NCBI GenBank assembly: GCA_016293845.1
Contig: JAEDDH010000001.1
Location: forward strand, 29,211 to 93,210
DNA length: 64,000 nucleotides
Origin: Bacteroidales bacterium
Lineage (GTDB): Bacteria; Bacteroidota; Bacteroidia; Bacteroidales; UBA3824
Direction: 5' to 3'
Shown here: positions 20,969 to 31,220 of the stretch, piece after piece
Position numbering within the stretch: the stretch's first letter is position 1
Layout: every line of letters begins with the position of its first letter
Notes under the pieces: generated by a model
Told to the model about the DNA's origin: nothing
Database searches by the model: none
What the model saw: the letters and a program-made list of their open reading frames with translations, nothing else
Translations under genes and position numbers: made by a program

Positions 20969-21042
20969 TGACCTCGGCGGGATTCAAACCCACAACCTTT
21001 TGATCCGTAGTCAAATGCTCTATTCAGTTGAGCTACGAGGCC
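20969..21042 (-). tRNA. tRNA-Arg (anticodon ACG), divergent second copy
   Basis: Same anticodon arm as the first copy; acceptor and T-stems differ (GGCCTCG..., GTGGG-TTTGAATC-CCGCC). Confidence 0.8.
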
Positions 21043-21120
21043 TTTCTGATTTCGGGTGCAAAGTAAATGCTTTTTTACTTACTGTGCAAATTTTTTCGTA
21101 TTTTTTTAATGATTTTTTTG

Positions 21121-22272
21121 TTACAATGCGTTGTCGTCTAAATCACAGTCTTTTTCGAGACGGATTGTGATAGAATACAAACTTGTAGATGAGTCAACAG
21201 GGGTGAAACTATACTCCAACGGATGGTGGCTCTTGTTTATTAGGGTTGCAAATCCGTGTCCGGGTTCACCAGTGCGTATCAATTGCAGACGTAAATCTTT
21301 GTCAGATTTGTTGACTGTATCGAGAAGATTCTTAAGAGTTGCTATTTTATTATTATCCACATAGTTGGCAGCCGAAAGCAATAGATGTTCTTTTTCTTGA
21401 CTAATGAAAAACATTCCGTAGTTGCCATTGTCTTGACTTCTGTCTTTGTTGACGGCGTGCTGAAGTATGTTTTGCAGTATCTCTATCATTGTGCTGTAGA
21501 CGCGTGTCTTTAGCACTTTTGATGTGGTAATCTGACGGCTTAGTATGCTCATCAGGTTTTTGAGGTTGTCTTGCTTGAGTATACCGTTGAAATTTAGCAA
21601 TATATTATCGTCGGTGAGTATCTTATGAAATTTGATTATATCTTTTACCGACCATTGCTCATATTCTTGGCGTTCTTCTTCGGAGTCTTCTGCCTGACTT
21701 TGAATTTTGTTGTATGGTATGCTGAGATGCAAGTAGAAAAACGAATATTCACTGTCTAACTTTACAAACTCATAGCGGAATTTGCGTCCCGATTTGCGAG
21801 CCATCTCTATAAGACCTAATCCTGCACCGCCTTTCGACGAGAATGTACCATTGTCCAACACCTGACGTGAATATTCCTTAAGGCTTTCTGCGTCTAAATT
21901 GTTGATTTTCTCTATTTTGTCTTTAAGGCTGTCGATGGTGTCGTTTTTGATAAGGTTTCCGGAGGTGATATAGTACGCAAATTTCTTTTTGCGCATTATA
22001 AATAGTCCTTCGTTGTCGTTTTTGCGGTCGGTGATTTTTTCTTGATGGCGGGTGATGTTTTGCAAGCACTCCACCATTATAAAATATATTCGTTTTCGGA
22101 TTAGAATCTTTTCGCGACTTTGGCCAATGTTGTTTTCGGCGAGGCACAGTATGTTTTCGGCTATTGCCGAGTTTACATTACCTCTATATATGTATTCAAG
22201 GCTGTCGTTGGATACATACTTGGTTAGTTGGTATGCTATTTCGTTTTTTACCGCTGTGTCTTGCTCTGACAT
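21121..22272 (-). CDS. hypothetical regulatory protein with two tandem GHKL-like (SiaB/anti-sigma-factor-kinase-like) domains
   Basis: Two homologous ~190-aa halves, each ending in a G-x-G-x-G-(L/F) ATP-lid-like motif (GGAGLGLIEMARKSG; GEPGHGFATLINKS). Confidence 0.35.
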   Translation of the reverse strand: MSEQDTAVKNEIAYQLTKYVSNDSLEYIYRGNVNSAIAENILCLAENNIGQSREKILIRKRIYFIMVECLQNITRHQEKITDRKNDNEGLFIMRKKKFAYYITSGNLIKNDTIDSLKDKIEKINNLDAESLKEYSRQVLDNGTFSSKGGAGLGLIEMARKSGRKFRYEFVKLDSEYSFFYLHLSIPYNKIQSQAEDSEEERQEYEQWSVKDIIKFHKILTDDNILLNFNGILKQDNLKNLMSILSRQITTSKVLKTRVYSTMIEILQNILQHAVNKDRSQDNGNYGMFFISQEKEHLLLSAANYVDNNKIATLKNLLDTVNKSDKDLRLQLIRTGEPGHGFATLINKSHHPLEYSFTPVDSSTSLYSITIRLEKDCDLDDNAL

Positions 22273-22377
22273 TTTGCCTGATTTTTAGAGGTGGTTTAAT
22301 TTCGTTGTTTAAAGGTTCCGTGTTTTTAAACGGATTGATGAGTTTTAATGTTACTCAAATTTACTTTAATTTTAGTT

Positions 22378-23676
22378 TTACAAATATTTTTCCGTCAAAA
22401 TTTGAGCCAAATCCTCATACTTATTGTCAATTTTTATTGACTTTTTAGATTTTTTCATACACTCTTTGAGTGTTTCGGGCAAGTCGGGTGTTACGCCTGT
22501 AGACTCTTTTACCACGTCTAAGAATTTGGCGGGGTGGGCAGTTTCTAAGAATATGCCTTTGATGCCGTGATTTGATGCAAGGTATTTTTCGATTCCAAGA
22601 AAACCTACTGCGCCATGCGGGTCGAGTGTGTATCCGTAAATGTCTCTTACCTGCTGCATCTTTTTGCGTGTTTGGTCGTCGGTAAAACTATATCCCTCAA
22701 TGGTTTGATGCATCTTTTTAGAATCGTGGTCAAATATGATTTCCAAACGTTCAAAGTTGCTCGGGTCGCCTACGTCCATTGCGTTGGATATTGTCTGTTT
22801 AGATGGTTTTGGTGTGTATATGCCTGATTCCAAATAATTTGGAACTGTATCGTTGATATTTGTGGCTGCCACAAATTTATTAACTTGCAATCCCGATTTC
22901 CAAGCGAGGATACCGCCTGTGAGGTTTCCAAAATTACCACTCGGTACGCAAATGGCTGTGTCGTAGTCTTTTGCCTGAGCCACTGCGTAATAGTAGTAGA
23001 AACTTTGAGGTATCAATCGTGCAATGTTGATAGAATTGGCAGAGGTGAGGTGGAAGCGGTTTTTGGTGTCGAAATTTGCAAACGCCGTTTTTACAAGACG
23101 TTGACAGTCGTCGAACACTCCGTTTACTTCTAATGCTGTGATGTTGCCTCCGTTGGTGGTGAGTTGCTTTTCTTGAATTTCGCTCACCTTGCCACTCGGG
23201 TAAAGAATTATAACGTCCACGCCAGGTACGTTGAGAAAACCTCTTGCCACTGCGCTTCCTGTATCGCCTGATGTGGCTACAAGTATTACGGTTTTTTCGT
23301 TATTTTTTTGCGAAAAATATCCGAGGCAACGTGCCATAAACCTTGCTCCAACGTCTTTAAACGCACATGTGGGTCCGTGGAAAAGCTCCAACGAAAATAC
23401 GTTGTCTTTTACCTGCACAAGCGGAATATCGAAAGTGAGCACCTCGTTGCAGAGGTTTTTAAAATCGCTGTCGGGAATTTCGTCGCCGACGTATTTTTTA
23501 CCTACTTGATAGCCAATTTCGGGAAGGCTCATGTCAAATAGGTTTGCCCAAAAATCGTTACCCATCGAGATATACTCTTGAGGCATATAAAGACCTTTGT
23601 TGGGTGCGAGACCGCGTTTTACTGCGTCTTCAAACGATACAATATGGTTTTTGTCGCGTGAACTTATATATTTCAT
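22378..23676 (-). CDS. thrC: threonine synthase
   Basis: Full-length ThrC with the PLP-lysine region FHGPTCAFKDVGARF. Confidence 0.9.
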   Translation of the reverse strand: MKYISSRDKNHIVSFEDAVKRGLAPNKGLYMPQEYISMGNDFWANLFDMSLPEIGYQVGKKYVGDEIPDSDFKNLCNEVLTFDIPLVQVKDNVFSLELFHGPTCAFKDVGARFMARCLGYFSQKNNEKTVILVATSGDTGSAVARGFLNVPGVDVIILYPSGKVSEIQEKQLTTNGGNITALEVNGVFDDCQRLVKTAFANFDTKNRFHLTSANSINIARLIPQSFYYYYAVAQAKDYDTAICVPSGNFGNLTGGILAWKSGLQVNKFVAATNINDTVPNYLESGIYTPKPSKQTISNAMDVGDPSNFERLEIIFDHDSKKMHQTIEGYSFTDDQTRKKMQQVRDIYGYTLDPHGAVGFLGIEKYLASNHGIKGIFLETAHPAKFLDVVKESTGVTPDLPETLKECMKKSKKSIKIDNKYEDLAQILTEKYL

Positions 23677-23689
23677 CTCTAAATCTCTG

Positions 23690-25060
23690 TTATTCTTTGA
23701 AAAACTCGTTGTGAAGTGCTTCGAGAGCGTTTTGTGCGTCGCTGCTCTTGATTACTATCGACACGTTGATTTCGCTGCTGCCTTGTGCAATAAGGTGAAT
23801 GTTTACATTGTGTTTGCCCAATGTGGTGAATGCTCTACCGGTAACTCCGGCAGCGTTTTTCATTCCTTCGCCCACCATTGCGAGTATTGAGTAGCCTGTT
23901 TCGGCTTTGATGGGCAGGATTGATTTCTTGCCTTTGATTTCAAAGTCGAACTCTTTGTTGATGGCTTCTACTGCCTTGTCGGCATCGCGTTCGTTGATTA
24001 CTATGTTGATAGCCATTTCGGAGCAAGCCTGCGAAATGATTATTACGTTTACGTCTTTGAGTGCGTTGAACAATCTTCCTGCAATACCGCTGTTGCCCAC
24101 AAGACCTGTGCCTGTGAATGATAGCATTGCAATGTTGTCCATTGTTGAGAACGACTTTACAGGGTTTTTGATGTCGGTAGTGTTGGTTACCAATGTGCCT
24201 TTTTCGTCGGGATAGAATGTGTTGAGTATCACCATAGGAATGTTGGCGTCCAAAACTGGCTTAACTGTTGGAGCGTAGATAACTTTTGCGCCGAGGTTAG
24301 AAAGTTCGAGCACTTCGCGGTACGACATTTTTTCCAACGGACGTGCGTTTTTGATTTTGCGAGGGTCGGCGGTGTAAATTCCGCTTACGTCGGTCCAAAT
24401 TTCAAGTTTCATAGCGTTGAGGGCTGCGGCGTACAGTGCTGCAGTAAAATCGCTTCCACCACGTCCAAGAGTTGTGGCGTATCCTTTTTCGTTGCGAGAG
24501 ATAAAGCCTGGAGCAACGGTGATTTTGTTTTCGGGATTGTAAGCGGCTGCAATATTTTTGTAGGTTTGCGAACGGTTGACATCTTCTTTGCCGTTTTCAA
24601 ACTTGGTGATTATCACTTCTGACGAATCCAAGTATCCTACGCTACCGTTGTGGATAGTAAGATATTGGAATATAATTGCGTTCGACATTTTTTCGCCGAA
24701 ACTTACCACAATATAGTATGCCCTCTGCGAAAGTTCGTTGAGCATATACACAGCTTCCAATACTTTTTCGAGTTGATCTATGTGGTGGTCAATTATAGCT
24801 TTTAAATTGCCCTGTTCGTCAACTGCAAAAAGTTGGTCGATAAAGTCGTGATGGCGTTTTTTTATCTCTGTGCAAACTTTTTTATATGTTGTGTCTTTTT
24901 GGGATGCTTTGTTGGCGGCTTCTTCGAGCATGTTGGTTACTTTACTCAGTGCCGAGCATACAATTATCTGATTGTCGTCTGTCTTTTTTAATATCTCACT
25001 GATATTCTTTACTGTAGCAACGGAGGAAACCGAAGTGCCTCCAAATTTTAATACTTTCAT
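23690..25060 (-). CDS. lysC: aspartate kinase (monofunctional, with two ACT domains)
   Basis: N-terminal KFGGTS motif, amino-acid kinase fold and two C-terminal ACT domains; 456 aa, so not the bifunctional ThrA. Confidence 0.8.
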   Translation of the reverse strand: MKVLKFGGTSVSSVATVKNISEILKKTDDNQIIVCSALSKVTNMLEEAANKASQKDTTYKKVCTEIKKRHHDFIDQLFAVDEQGNLKAIIDHHIDQLEKVLEAVYMLNELSQRAYYIVVSFGEKMSNAIIFQYLTIHNGSVGYLDSSEVIITKFENGKEDVNRSQTYKNIAAAYNPENKITVAPGFISRNEKGYATTLGRGGSDFTAALYAAALNAMKLEIWTDVSGIYTADPRKIKNARPLEKMSYREVLELSNLGAKVIYAPTVKPVLDANIPMVILNTFYPDEKGTLVTNTTDIKNPVKSFSTMDNIAMLSFTGTGLVGNSGIAGRLFNALKDVNVIIISQACSEMAINIVINERDADKAVEAINKEFDFEIKGKKSILPIKAETGYSILAMVGEGMKNAAGVTGRAFTTLGKHNVNIHLIAQGSSEINVSIVIKSSDAQNALEALHNEFFKE

Positions 25061-25096
25061 CCTTGGATTTTGAATTGTAATTATCCTTTTTATAAA

Positions 25097-25141
25097 TAAT
25101 GTGCAAATATAATTTCTTTTGTTTTATAATGCACAAATTTA
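25097..25141 (-). promoter_or_regulatory. candidate Bacteroidetes-type promoter (TTTG -33, TAnnTTTG -7) for the aspartate kinase-thrC operon
   Basis: Minus-strand TATATTTG (25104-25111) and TAAATTTG (25134-25141), both matching the TAnnTTTG -7 consensus; TTTG lies about 22 nt upstream of the proximal box. Confidence 0.3.
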
Positions 25142-25186
25142 CAAAAAAAATTTTTCATAGAATGTATAATCACATATTTTTTTGTA

Positions 25187-25221
25187 CAAAAAAAGCCCCT
25201 GCGTTAATGCAGGGGCTTTTA
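25187..25221. terminator. bidirectional terminator hairpin downstream of pckA
   Basis: 9-bp perfect stem agcccctgc/gcaggggct flanked by an A-run and a T-run. Confidence 0.65.
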
Positions 25222-25244
25222 TATTGCTAATTGTTGTTTAAAAA

Positions 25245-26858
25245 CTACAATTTAGGACCTGCTGCAACGAGTGCTTTACCAGCTTCGTTGGTGGTGTATT
25301 TCTCGAAGTTCTTGATGAAACGGCCAGCGAGGTCTTTTGCCTTTGTTTCCCATTCGGAAGCGTTGGCGTAAGTGTCGCGGGGGTCAAGAATTGCGGGATT
25401 AACTTTGGGAAGTGCGGTGGGAACTTCGAAGTCGAAGAAAGGAATCTTCTTGGTTTCAGCCTTGAGGATTGATCCGTCGAGGATAGCGTCGATGATACCA
25501 CGTGTATCAGGAATAGAGATACGTTTGCCAGTACCGTTCCAACCAGTGTTAACTAAGTAAGCCTTAGCACCCGATTTTTCCATCTTCTTAACGAGCTCCT
25601 CAGCATATTTGGTGGGGTGGAGTTCGAGGAATGCCTGACCGAAGCAAGCCGAGAAGGTCGGGGTGGGTTCGGTGATTCCGCGCTCTGTACCAGCCAATTT
25701 AGCGGTGAAGCCAGAGAGGAAGTAGTACTGAGTTTGTTCGGGAGTAAGGATAGATACGGGAGGAAGAACACCGAATGCGTCTGCTGAAAGGAAGATAACG
25801 TTCTTAGCAGCAGGACCAGCGCTCTTGCCGGCAACTTTCTTAACGATGTTTTTGATGTGGTCGATCGGGTAAGAAACGCGGGTGTTTTCTGTTACGCTCT
25901 TGTTAGCGAAGTCGATTTTGCCGTTGTTGTCAACAGTAACGTTCTCCAAGAGGGCGTTGCGTTTGATAGCGCCGTAGATGTCGGGCTCGTTTTCTTTAGA
26001 AAGGTTGATAACTTTAGCGTAGCATCCGCCTTCGAGGTTGAATACGCCTTCGTCGTCCCAGCCGTGCTCGTCGTCACCGATAAGGAGACGTTTCGGGTCG
26101 GTAGAAAGAGTGGTTTTGCCTGTGCCTGAAAGACCGAAGAAGATAGCTGTGTTTTTGCCTTCCATGTCGGTGTTGGCAGAGCAGTGCATAGAAGCGATGC
26201 CTTGGAGGGGGAGGTAGTAGTTCTGCATAGAGAACATACCTTTTTTCATTTCACCACCGTACCAAGTGTTGATGATAACTTGTTCGCGGCTCTTGGTGTT
26301 GAATGCAACACAAGTCTCAGAGTTGAGGCCGAGTTCTTTATAGTTTTCAACTTTTGCTTTAGAAGCGTTGTAGATAACGAAGTTGGGTTCGAAGTTTTCG
26401 AGTTCTTCTTTGGTAGGCTGGATGAACATGTTTTCAACGAAGTGAGCCTGCCAAGCAACTTCTACGATGAATCTTACAGCAAGACGAGTAGCTTCGTTAG
26501 CACCGCAGAATGCGTCAACAACGTAGAGCTGTTTGTTTGAGAGTTCTTTTTTAGCAATTTCTTTAACTTTAGCCCAAACGTCTTCGCTCATGGGGTGGTT
26601 GTCGTTTTTGTAAGCGTCAGATGTCCACCATACGTTGTTGTGGCTTTCGTCGTTGTCAACAATGTATTTGTCTTGGGGCGAACGGCCAGTGAAGATACCG
26701 GTCATAACGTTAACTGCGTCGAGTTCAGTTTTCCGACCTTTTTCGAAACCCTCGAGAGCGGGGTTAATTTCTGCTTTGTAGAGCTCTTCGTAAGAAGGAT
26801 TGTGTGCGATTACAGTAGAACCTGTAATTCCGTACTTTGTTAAATCTAATTTACTCAT
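25245..26858 (-). CDS. pckA: phosphoenolpyruvate carboxykinase (ATP)
   Basis: Full-length ATP-dependent PEPCK with kinase-1a GLSGTGKTT. Confidence 0.95.
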   Translation of the reverse strand: MSKLDLTKYGITGSTVIAHNPSYEELYKAEINPALEGFEKGRKTELDAVNVMTGIFTGRSPQDKYIVDNDESHNNVWWTSDAYKNDNHPMSEDVWAKVKEIAKKELSNKQLYVVDAFCGANEATRLAVRFIVEVAWQAHFVENMFIQPTKEELENFEPNFVIYNASKAKVENYKELGLNSETCVAFNTKSREQVIINTWYGGEMKKGMFSMQNYYLPLQGIASMHCSANTDMEGKNTAIFFGLSGTGKTTLSTDPKRLLIGDDEHGWDDEGVFNLEGGCYAKVINLSKENEPDIYGAIKRNALLENVTVDNNGKIDFANKSVTENTRVSYPIDHIKNIVKKVAGKSAGPAAKNVIFLSADAFGVLPPVSILTPEQTQYYFLSGFTAKLAGTERGITEPTPTFSACFGQAFLELHPTKYAEELVKKMEKSGAKAYLVNTGWNGTGKRISIPDTRGIIDAILDGSILKAETKKIPFFDFEVPTALPKVNPAILDPRDTYANASEWETKAKDLAGRFIKNFEKYTTNEAGKALVAAGPKL

Positions 26859-26958
26859 TTTTAAGTATTTAATTAAAAATTGTTTTCGTTCGTCAACTAT
26901 GCAAATTTATATATTTTTTTTCTGTTTTTGGCTTTGTGTTTTTAAATCTTTGTTAAAT

Positions 26959-28248
26959 TTAGAAAGTGTAAATGTTACCTTTGCGCCAAGTGTCTACCGC
27001 GTTGTCCCAATATGGTTTCAATTCTGTACTGCGGAAAAGGCGATATTCGGGCGTGGTGAGTGTGGTTTGTCGTTTTCGGAATACAAACTTGATTTTGCGG
27101 TCTTCTTTGCGGTCGCGATAGGTCCAAATTTCGGCTTTGTTTGTTATTGCCATCATCTGAGGCGGACCCATTACTATGTATACCATTCCGCGGTCGGTTA
27201 ACATTCCTTGTCGATGGTCGGTGAAAAATATGTTGGCAAACACTGCGCGTGTATAGTATACTTTGATAAGTTCTTTTGCCTTTTTGATATCTTTGGTGCA
27301 CGAGTACCAAAAATCGTCTACGGCGAGTTTTTGTGATTCTTTTGCGGCTATTTGGGCATATTCTTCGTCGGTGCAGAGGTATTTTATGGTTTTGAGCATA
27401 TCTTCAGGTGTGGTTACGCTTGGATGGTCGTTGCCAAAACATGGAATCGAAAATCCTCGTTGGTTTACCGAATCGGCTGTGGTGAAATATATTCCGGGCT
27501 TGTCGATATTGAAAGTAAATTGCAATGGTTTTGCCTCTGTATCAACGTGTAGGAGGCTATCGTTGAAAAACGCGAGTGTGGCGTAAGGCGATTGAGGTAT
27601 GGTGTTGTCTACCGGAAGTACTGCATTATATATAAGGTGTAGTCCGGGAGTGTTGTTGTAACGCACTGTTAGTTGTGTGCCAATGTCGGCATAGTTTTTT
27701 TGCAAAGGTAGTCCGTCGGTGGTGTAAAACACATTGAAGTTGTCGATTCCTGTTGAGTCCATCTTGTCTACTTCGTTGAAACTGATGTTCATCTTGCCTC
27801 TCAAAAGGTCGGTAACTGTAGTTTGAACCACAAATTTAGGCAAGTCTACGTGTTTGAGCTTTATTTTGATTGCCAATGTTTTGGGTGATGCCGATTTGCT
27901 AATAGTAACGAATTTCATACTTGTGTCGATCATCTGCGCATTTTCGAACGACTCCATAATTTTGTAAAACACTTTTACCTTTGCCATTTGTTGGTTTTGA
28001 GCGTTGGCTTTCGAAAAAAGGAGTTCAGAATCGTTGATGATAACAAAAAGGTCGATGTTGGTGGTATCGTTCTTTTTTATAAATACTTTTGGGTGGATGG
28101 TGGTGCTTGTGGGATTGTAAATTTGAGCCAATTGTGTGGTTCCAGCCGCTATTGCCGAAACGTGTTTTTCGGTTTCCTTGGTAGAGCGACAGCCTATATA
28201 AAGCAATGATAAACAGAATATTATCAATAAGATATTTAGTTTTTTCAT
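26959..28248 (-). CDS. GWxTD domain-containing lipoprotein
   Basis: Lipobox LYIGC; C-terminal motif GMLTDRGMVYIVMGPP matching the GWxTDRG..Y...G.P signature. Confidence 0.55.
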   Translation of the reverse strand: MKKLNILLIIFCLSLLYIGCRSTKETEKHVSAIAAGTTQLAQIYNPTSTTIHPKVFIKKNDTTNIDLFVIINDSELLFSKANAQNQQMAKVKVFYKIMESFENAQMIDTSMKFVTISKSASPKTLAIKIKLKHVDLPKFVVQTTVTDLLRGKMNISFNEVDKMDSTGIDNFNVFYTTDGLPLQKNYADIGTQLTVRYNNTPGLHLIYNAVLPVDNTIPQSPYATLAFFNDSLLHVDTEAKPLQFTFNIDKPGIYFTTADSVNQRGFSIPCFGNDHPSVTTPEDMLKTIKYLCTDEEYAQIAAKESQKLAVDDFWYSCTKDIKKAKELIKVYYTRAVFANIFFTDHRQGMLTDRGMVYIVMGPPQMMAITNKAEIWTYRDRKEDRKIKFVFRKRQTTLTTPEYRLFRSTELKPYWDNAVDTWRKGNIYTF

Positions 28249-28290
28249 ATAATTGTCGATAGTTTATGTTTTATTCAGCGGCAAATATAT

Positions 28291-28333
28291 AAAAAAAAAG
28301 TGTCGCCCCAGCTAAAAATCTGCATGCGACACT
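28291..28333 (-). terminator. putative terminator after beta-helix protein gene
   Basis: 8-bp stem agtgtcgc/gcgacact with a long loop and a T-run on the minus strand. Confidence 0.35.
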
Positions 28334-28400
28334 AAATTAACCAACCTAACTAATCTTGTTTTAAAAATTTCAACAATTGTGCCAATCAATTTTTGTCTTT

Positions 28401-29750
28401 TTACTTTATGTATTCGGCAAAACCTGCATCTGGACCATCGTCTTCGGTGCGTTGATTGCCATAATAGTCGGTTTCCAAAAAATCGTAAAGCATTAACATT
28501 CCGTAGTTTGCCATATCTACGGCAGGGGAGGAGTCTTTGATTTTGTAGTTGGCAGAATCGGGGTTGGCAAATTCGGGGTCGAGGTTGAATTTGCAGTTCG
28601 TAAACTTTTCGTTCTCTGTTAAGTCGCTCTTTATAAGACAGTTGACAATGCTAATATTATCTGTTTCGCGGATGTCGGTTTCGTTGGTTTTGTTGCCATA
28701 GATTATAGAATTGGCAACTAATGTGCTGAAATTCTGTTCACTTCCTTTGCAGTCAATGGCAGATTTTTCGCGGATATTGTAGTTCCAATAATCTGCTAAT
28801 GTGCAGTGTAGAATATGATAATTACCTGTGCCACTGATACTTATGCACGAATAACCGCAGTTGTGTATTAATGTGTTGTATATCTGTGAGTTGGTGTTTT
28901 CTAAATATAATCCGTGGTAGAAAGAGTTTTCTATTTTTGAGTTGCTTATAGTAATGTGTGCGTTGCTAAATGCGGATACTGCTGTTTGAGCGTTTTTTAT
29001 TGTGGCACAGTTGATTACGCTTGTTTTTGATTCTTCTTTAAAATTAATTCCTCGCCATTGAGCAGGTATTTCGGCGTATTCTTTTTCGGTGCGGATTCCT
29101 TGAAATTTTACGGGATTATCTATGGTGCCTTCGATATTGAGTGCGCCTTCTATCTCTATGCCTGATTCTTTGCTAAAATATATGCTAACACCCTCTTTTA
29201 TTGTTAGTTTTGCATTTTTGGCAACTTTTATTCCTGAATGAGATATATAATATTTGTTTTCTGGCAGTGTGGTGTCGGAATTGATTGTTACGTCGAGTTT
29301 TTCTACATTGATAGCGTAGGCAGTGATTATTACGCGTTGGTTTTCGCCGCCGGTATTCACTATTAATGAGTTGGTTAGCGTATAATTTTCGGTTTGGTTT
29401 TTAAGTTCGGCTTGGGCAAATACAAAAATGCTGTCGTTTTTTCTTAATTCTATGTTTTCGGCAGATGTGGTTTCGATTCCGTTGATATTTAGATGTATCT
29501 GATTGTCGTTGTTTTCAAGATGTATAGTGTTGATATTTATGTTTTTATAGGTATTGTTGAATATTTTTAGATAACGTATGCTACTTTTTTCGCCAGTGAA
29601 AACGGTGTCGAATTTTAAGGTGTCGCTCGAAAAATTGAGCTTAGCCCCCGTGTTGTATTCAAAATCTTCGCTGCAAAAGCAAAACGCTGATATTATGATA
29701 GTTGCTAATATTTTAAGAATGTTTTTCCTCATGGTTGTATTTTTTGCCAA
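28401..29750 (-). CDS. right-handed parallel beta-helix repeat protein, secreted
   Basis: Signal peptide and repeated N..I.N......G..I beta-helix rungs. Confidence 0.5.
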   Translation of the reverse strand: MAKNTTMRKNILKILATIIISAFCFCSEDFEYNTGAKLNFSSDTLKFDTVFTGEKSSIRYLKIFNNTYKNININTIHLENNDNQIHLNINGIETTSAENIELRKNDSIFVFAQAELKNQTENYTLTNSLIVNTGGENQRVIITAYAINVEKLDVTINSDTTLPENKYYISHSGIKVAKNAKLTIKEGVSIYFSKESGIEIEGALNIEGTIDNPVKFQGIRTEKEYAEIPAQWRGINFKEESKTSVINCATIKNAQTAVSAFSNAHITISNSKIENSFYHGLYLENTNSQIYNTLIHNCGYSCISISGTGNYHILHCTLADYWNYNIREKSAIDCKGSEQNFSTLVANSIIYGNKTNETDIRETDNISIVNCLIKSDLTENEKFTNCKFNLDPEFANPDSANYKIKDSSPAVDMANYGMLMLYDFLETDYYGNQRTEDDGPDAGFAEYIK

Positions 29751-29782
29751 AATTAGGTATTTTTGCCGAAAAACCTACAAAG

Positions 29783-30343
29783 ATGAAACTACTCTTGCAC
29801 GCATGCTGCGCTCCGTGTTCCGCTCCTATTTTAGAATGGCTGATTAACAACAATATACAGCCTTCGATTTTTTATTATAATCCTAATATCTATCCTCAAA
29901 AAGAATACGAGATACGCCGAAACGAAATTGAACGTTATTGCAAAAAGCTGAATATCAATTTTATAGAAGGAGATTACCATCACGAGGAGTGGCTCAGTCA
30001 TGTGCACGGACTTGAAAACGAACCAGAACGCGGAAGTCGTTGTCTTGAATGTTTTAAACTTCGCCTTGCCGCCTGCGCCAAGGTAGCCAAAGAGAATGGG
30101 TTCGATACGATTGCCTCGTCGCTTTCGTCCTCGCGTTGGAAAAGTCTCGAACAAATCGACACAGCCGGAAACTTTGCCGTACAAAATATCGAAGGCGTGG
30201 AGTATCTTGCGCGAAATTGGCGAAAAGGCGGATTGCAACAACTTAGAAATGAGTTGCTTAAAGAAAACGGTTTTTACAACCAACTATATTGCGGGTGCGA
30301 ATTTAGTCTGCGTTCCTGCGCAAAAGTTCAAGAGCAAAATTAA
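29783..30343 (+). CDS. queH: epoxyqueuosine reductase QueH
   Basis: N-terminal LLLHACCAPCS cysteine cluster and length diagnostic of DUF208/QueH. Confidence 0.8.
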   Translation: MKLLLHACCAPCSAPILEWLINNNIQPSIFYYNPNIYPQKEYEIRRNEIERYCKKLNINFIEGDYHHEEWLSHVHGLENEPERGSRCLECFKLRLAACAKVAKENGFDTIASSLSSSRWKSLEQIDTAGNFAVQNIEGVEYLARNWRKGGLQQLRNELLKENGFYNQLYCGCEFSLRSCAKVQEQN

Positions 30344-31220
30344 TTTTGCTCTCCATATCTAACTGACCGTCAATCCAATAGATATACATTCCAAGACGTT
30401 CCATACGGCGAAACCACGTCATCTGTCGTTTGGCAAATTGGCAGATGGCAATATATAGTTGGTCGAACATCTCTTCGTATTTTAATTGACCTGTAACATA
30501 GAGAGTTACGTATTTGTATTCGAGACCATAATAGATTAAATCATCTGCACTGATACCTGACTCCATAAGTTTTTTAATCTCGTCTATCATACCTTCGTCT
30601 AAACGTTGTTGAAGGCGGATGCGGATTTTTGCGCGCTCCACGGCACGGGGGTTTTTTATGCCGAAAATCAGTGAGTTAATTTTTGGGTAGGAGGGAACTA
30701 CCTTGGGATTTTCCTTGATAAAAGTTTCGATTTCGATGGCACGGATTGCGCGTTTTTTTGTGTCCGTGTCGGTATTGTTGTGCAGAGTACGCATCGCGGC
30801 GAGCATGTTTTTTAGTTCTTCGAGAGAATATTGCTCCAAACTTTTGCGCAGCGATGGATTGGCGGGAACGTCAATTAGTTGGTAGTTTCGTATTGCTGAT
30901 TCGATATAAAGTCCTGTGCCACCGCACAATATCGGGGTTTTGCCTTTGGCAGAAATTTCTTCAAACGCCTTAAAAAATTCGCGTTGATATTCAAAAACAT
31001 TATATTTGGTCCCGGCGGGAAGAATGTCTATCAAATGGTATGGAACGGGCTGTCCATCAACGGTATAATCGGCAATGTCTTTGCCTGTTCCAAGGTCCAT
31101 TCCACAATAAATTTGCCGCGAATCGGCACTGATAATTTCAGTGTTGAGTTTGTGTGCGAGGTTCGCGGCAAAAGATGTTTTTCCGCCCGCCGTGGGGCCT
31201 AATATAGTTATGAGGTTCAT
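30303..31220 (-). CDS. miaA: tRNA dimethylallyltransferase
   Basis: P-loop GPTAGGKT and overall MiaA architecture. Confidence 0.9.
   Translation of the reverse strand: MNLITILGPTAGGKTSFAANLAHKLNTEIISADSRQIYCGMDLGTGKDIADYTVDGQPVPYHLIDILPAGTKYNVFEYQREFFKAFEEISAKGKTPILCGGTGLYIESAIRNYQLIDVPANPSLRKSLEQYSLEELKNMLAAMRTLHNNTDTDTKKRAIRAIEIETFIKENPKVVPSYPKINSLIFGIKNPRAVERAKIRIRLQQRLDEGMIDEIKKLMESGISADDLIYYGLEYKYVTLYVTGQLKYEEMFDQLYIAICQFAKRQMTWFRRMERLGMYIYWIDGQLDMESKINFALELLRRNAD

Noticed and set aside
25061-25186. Threonine-operon leader-peptide attenuator upstream of the aspartate kinase gene
   Set aside because: No Thr/Ile-rich leader ORF or alternative hairpins were found, only promoter-like TAnnTTTG boxes.
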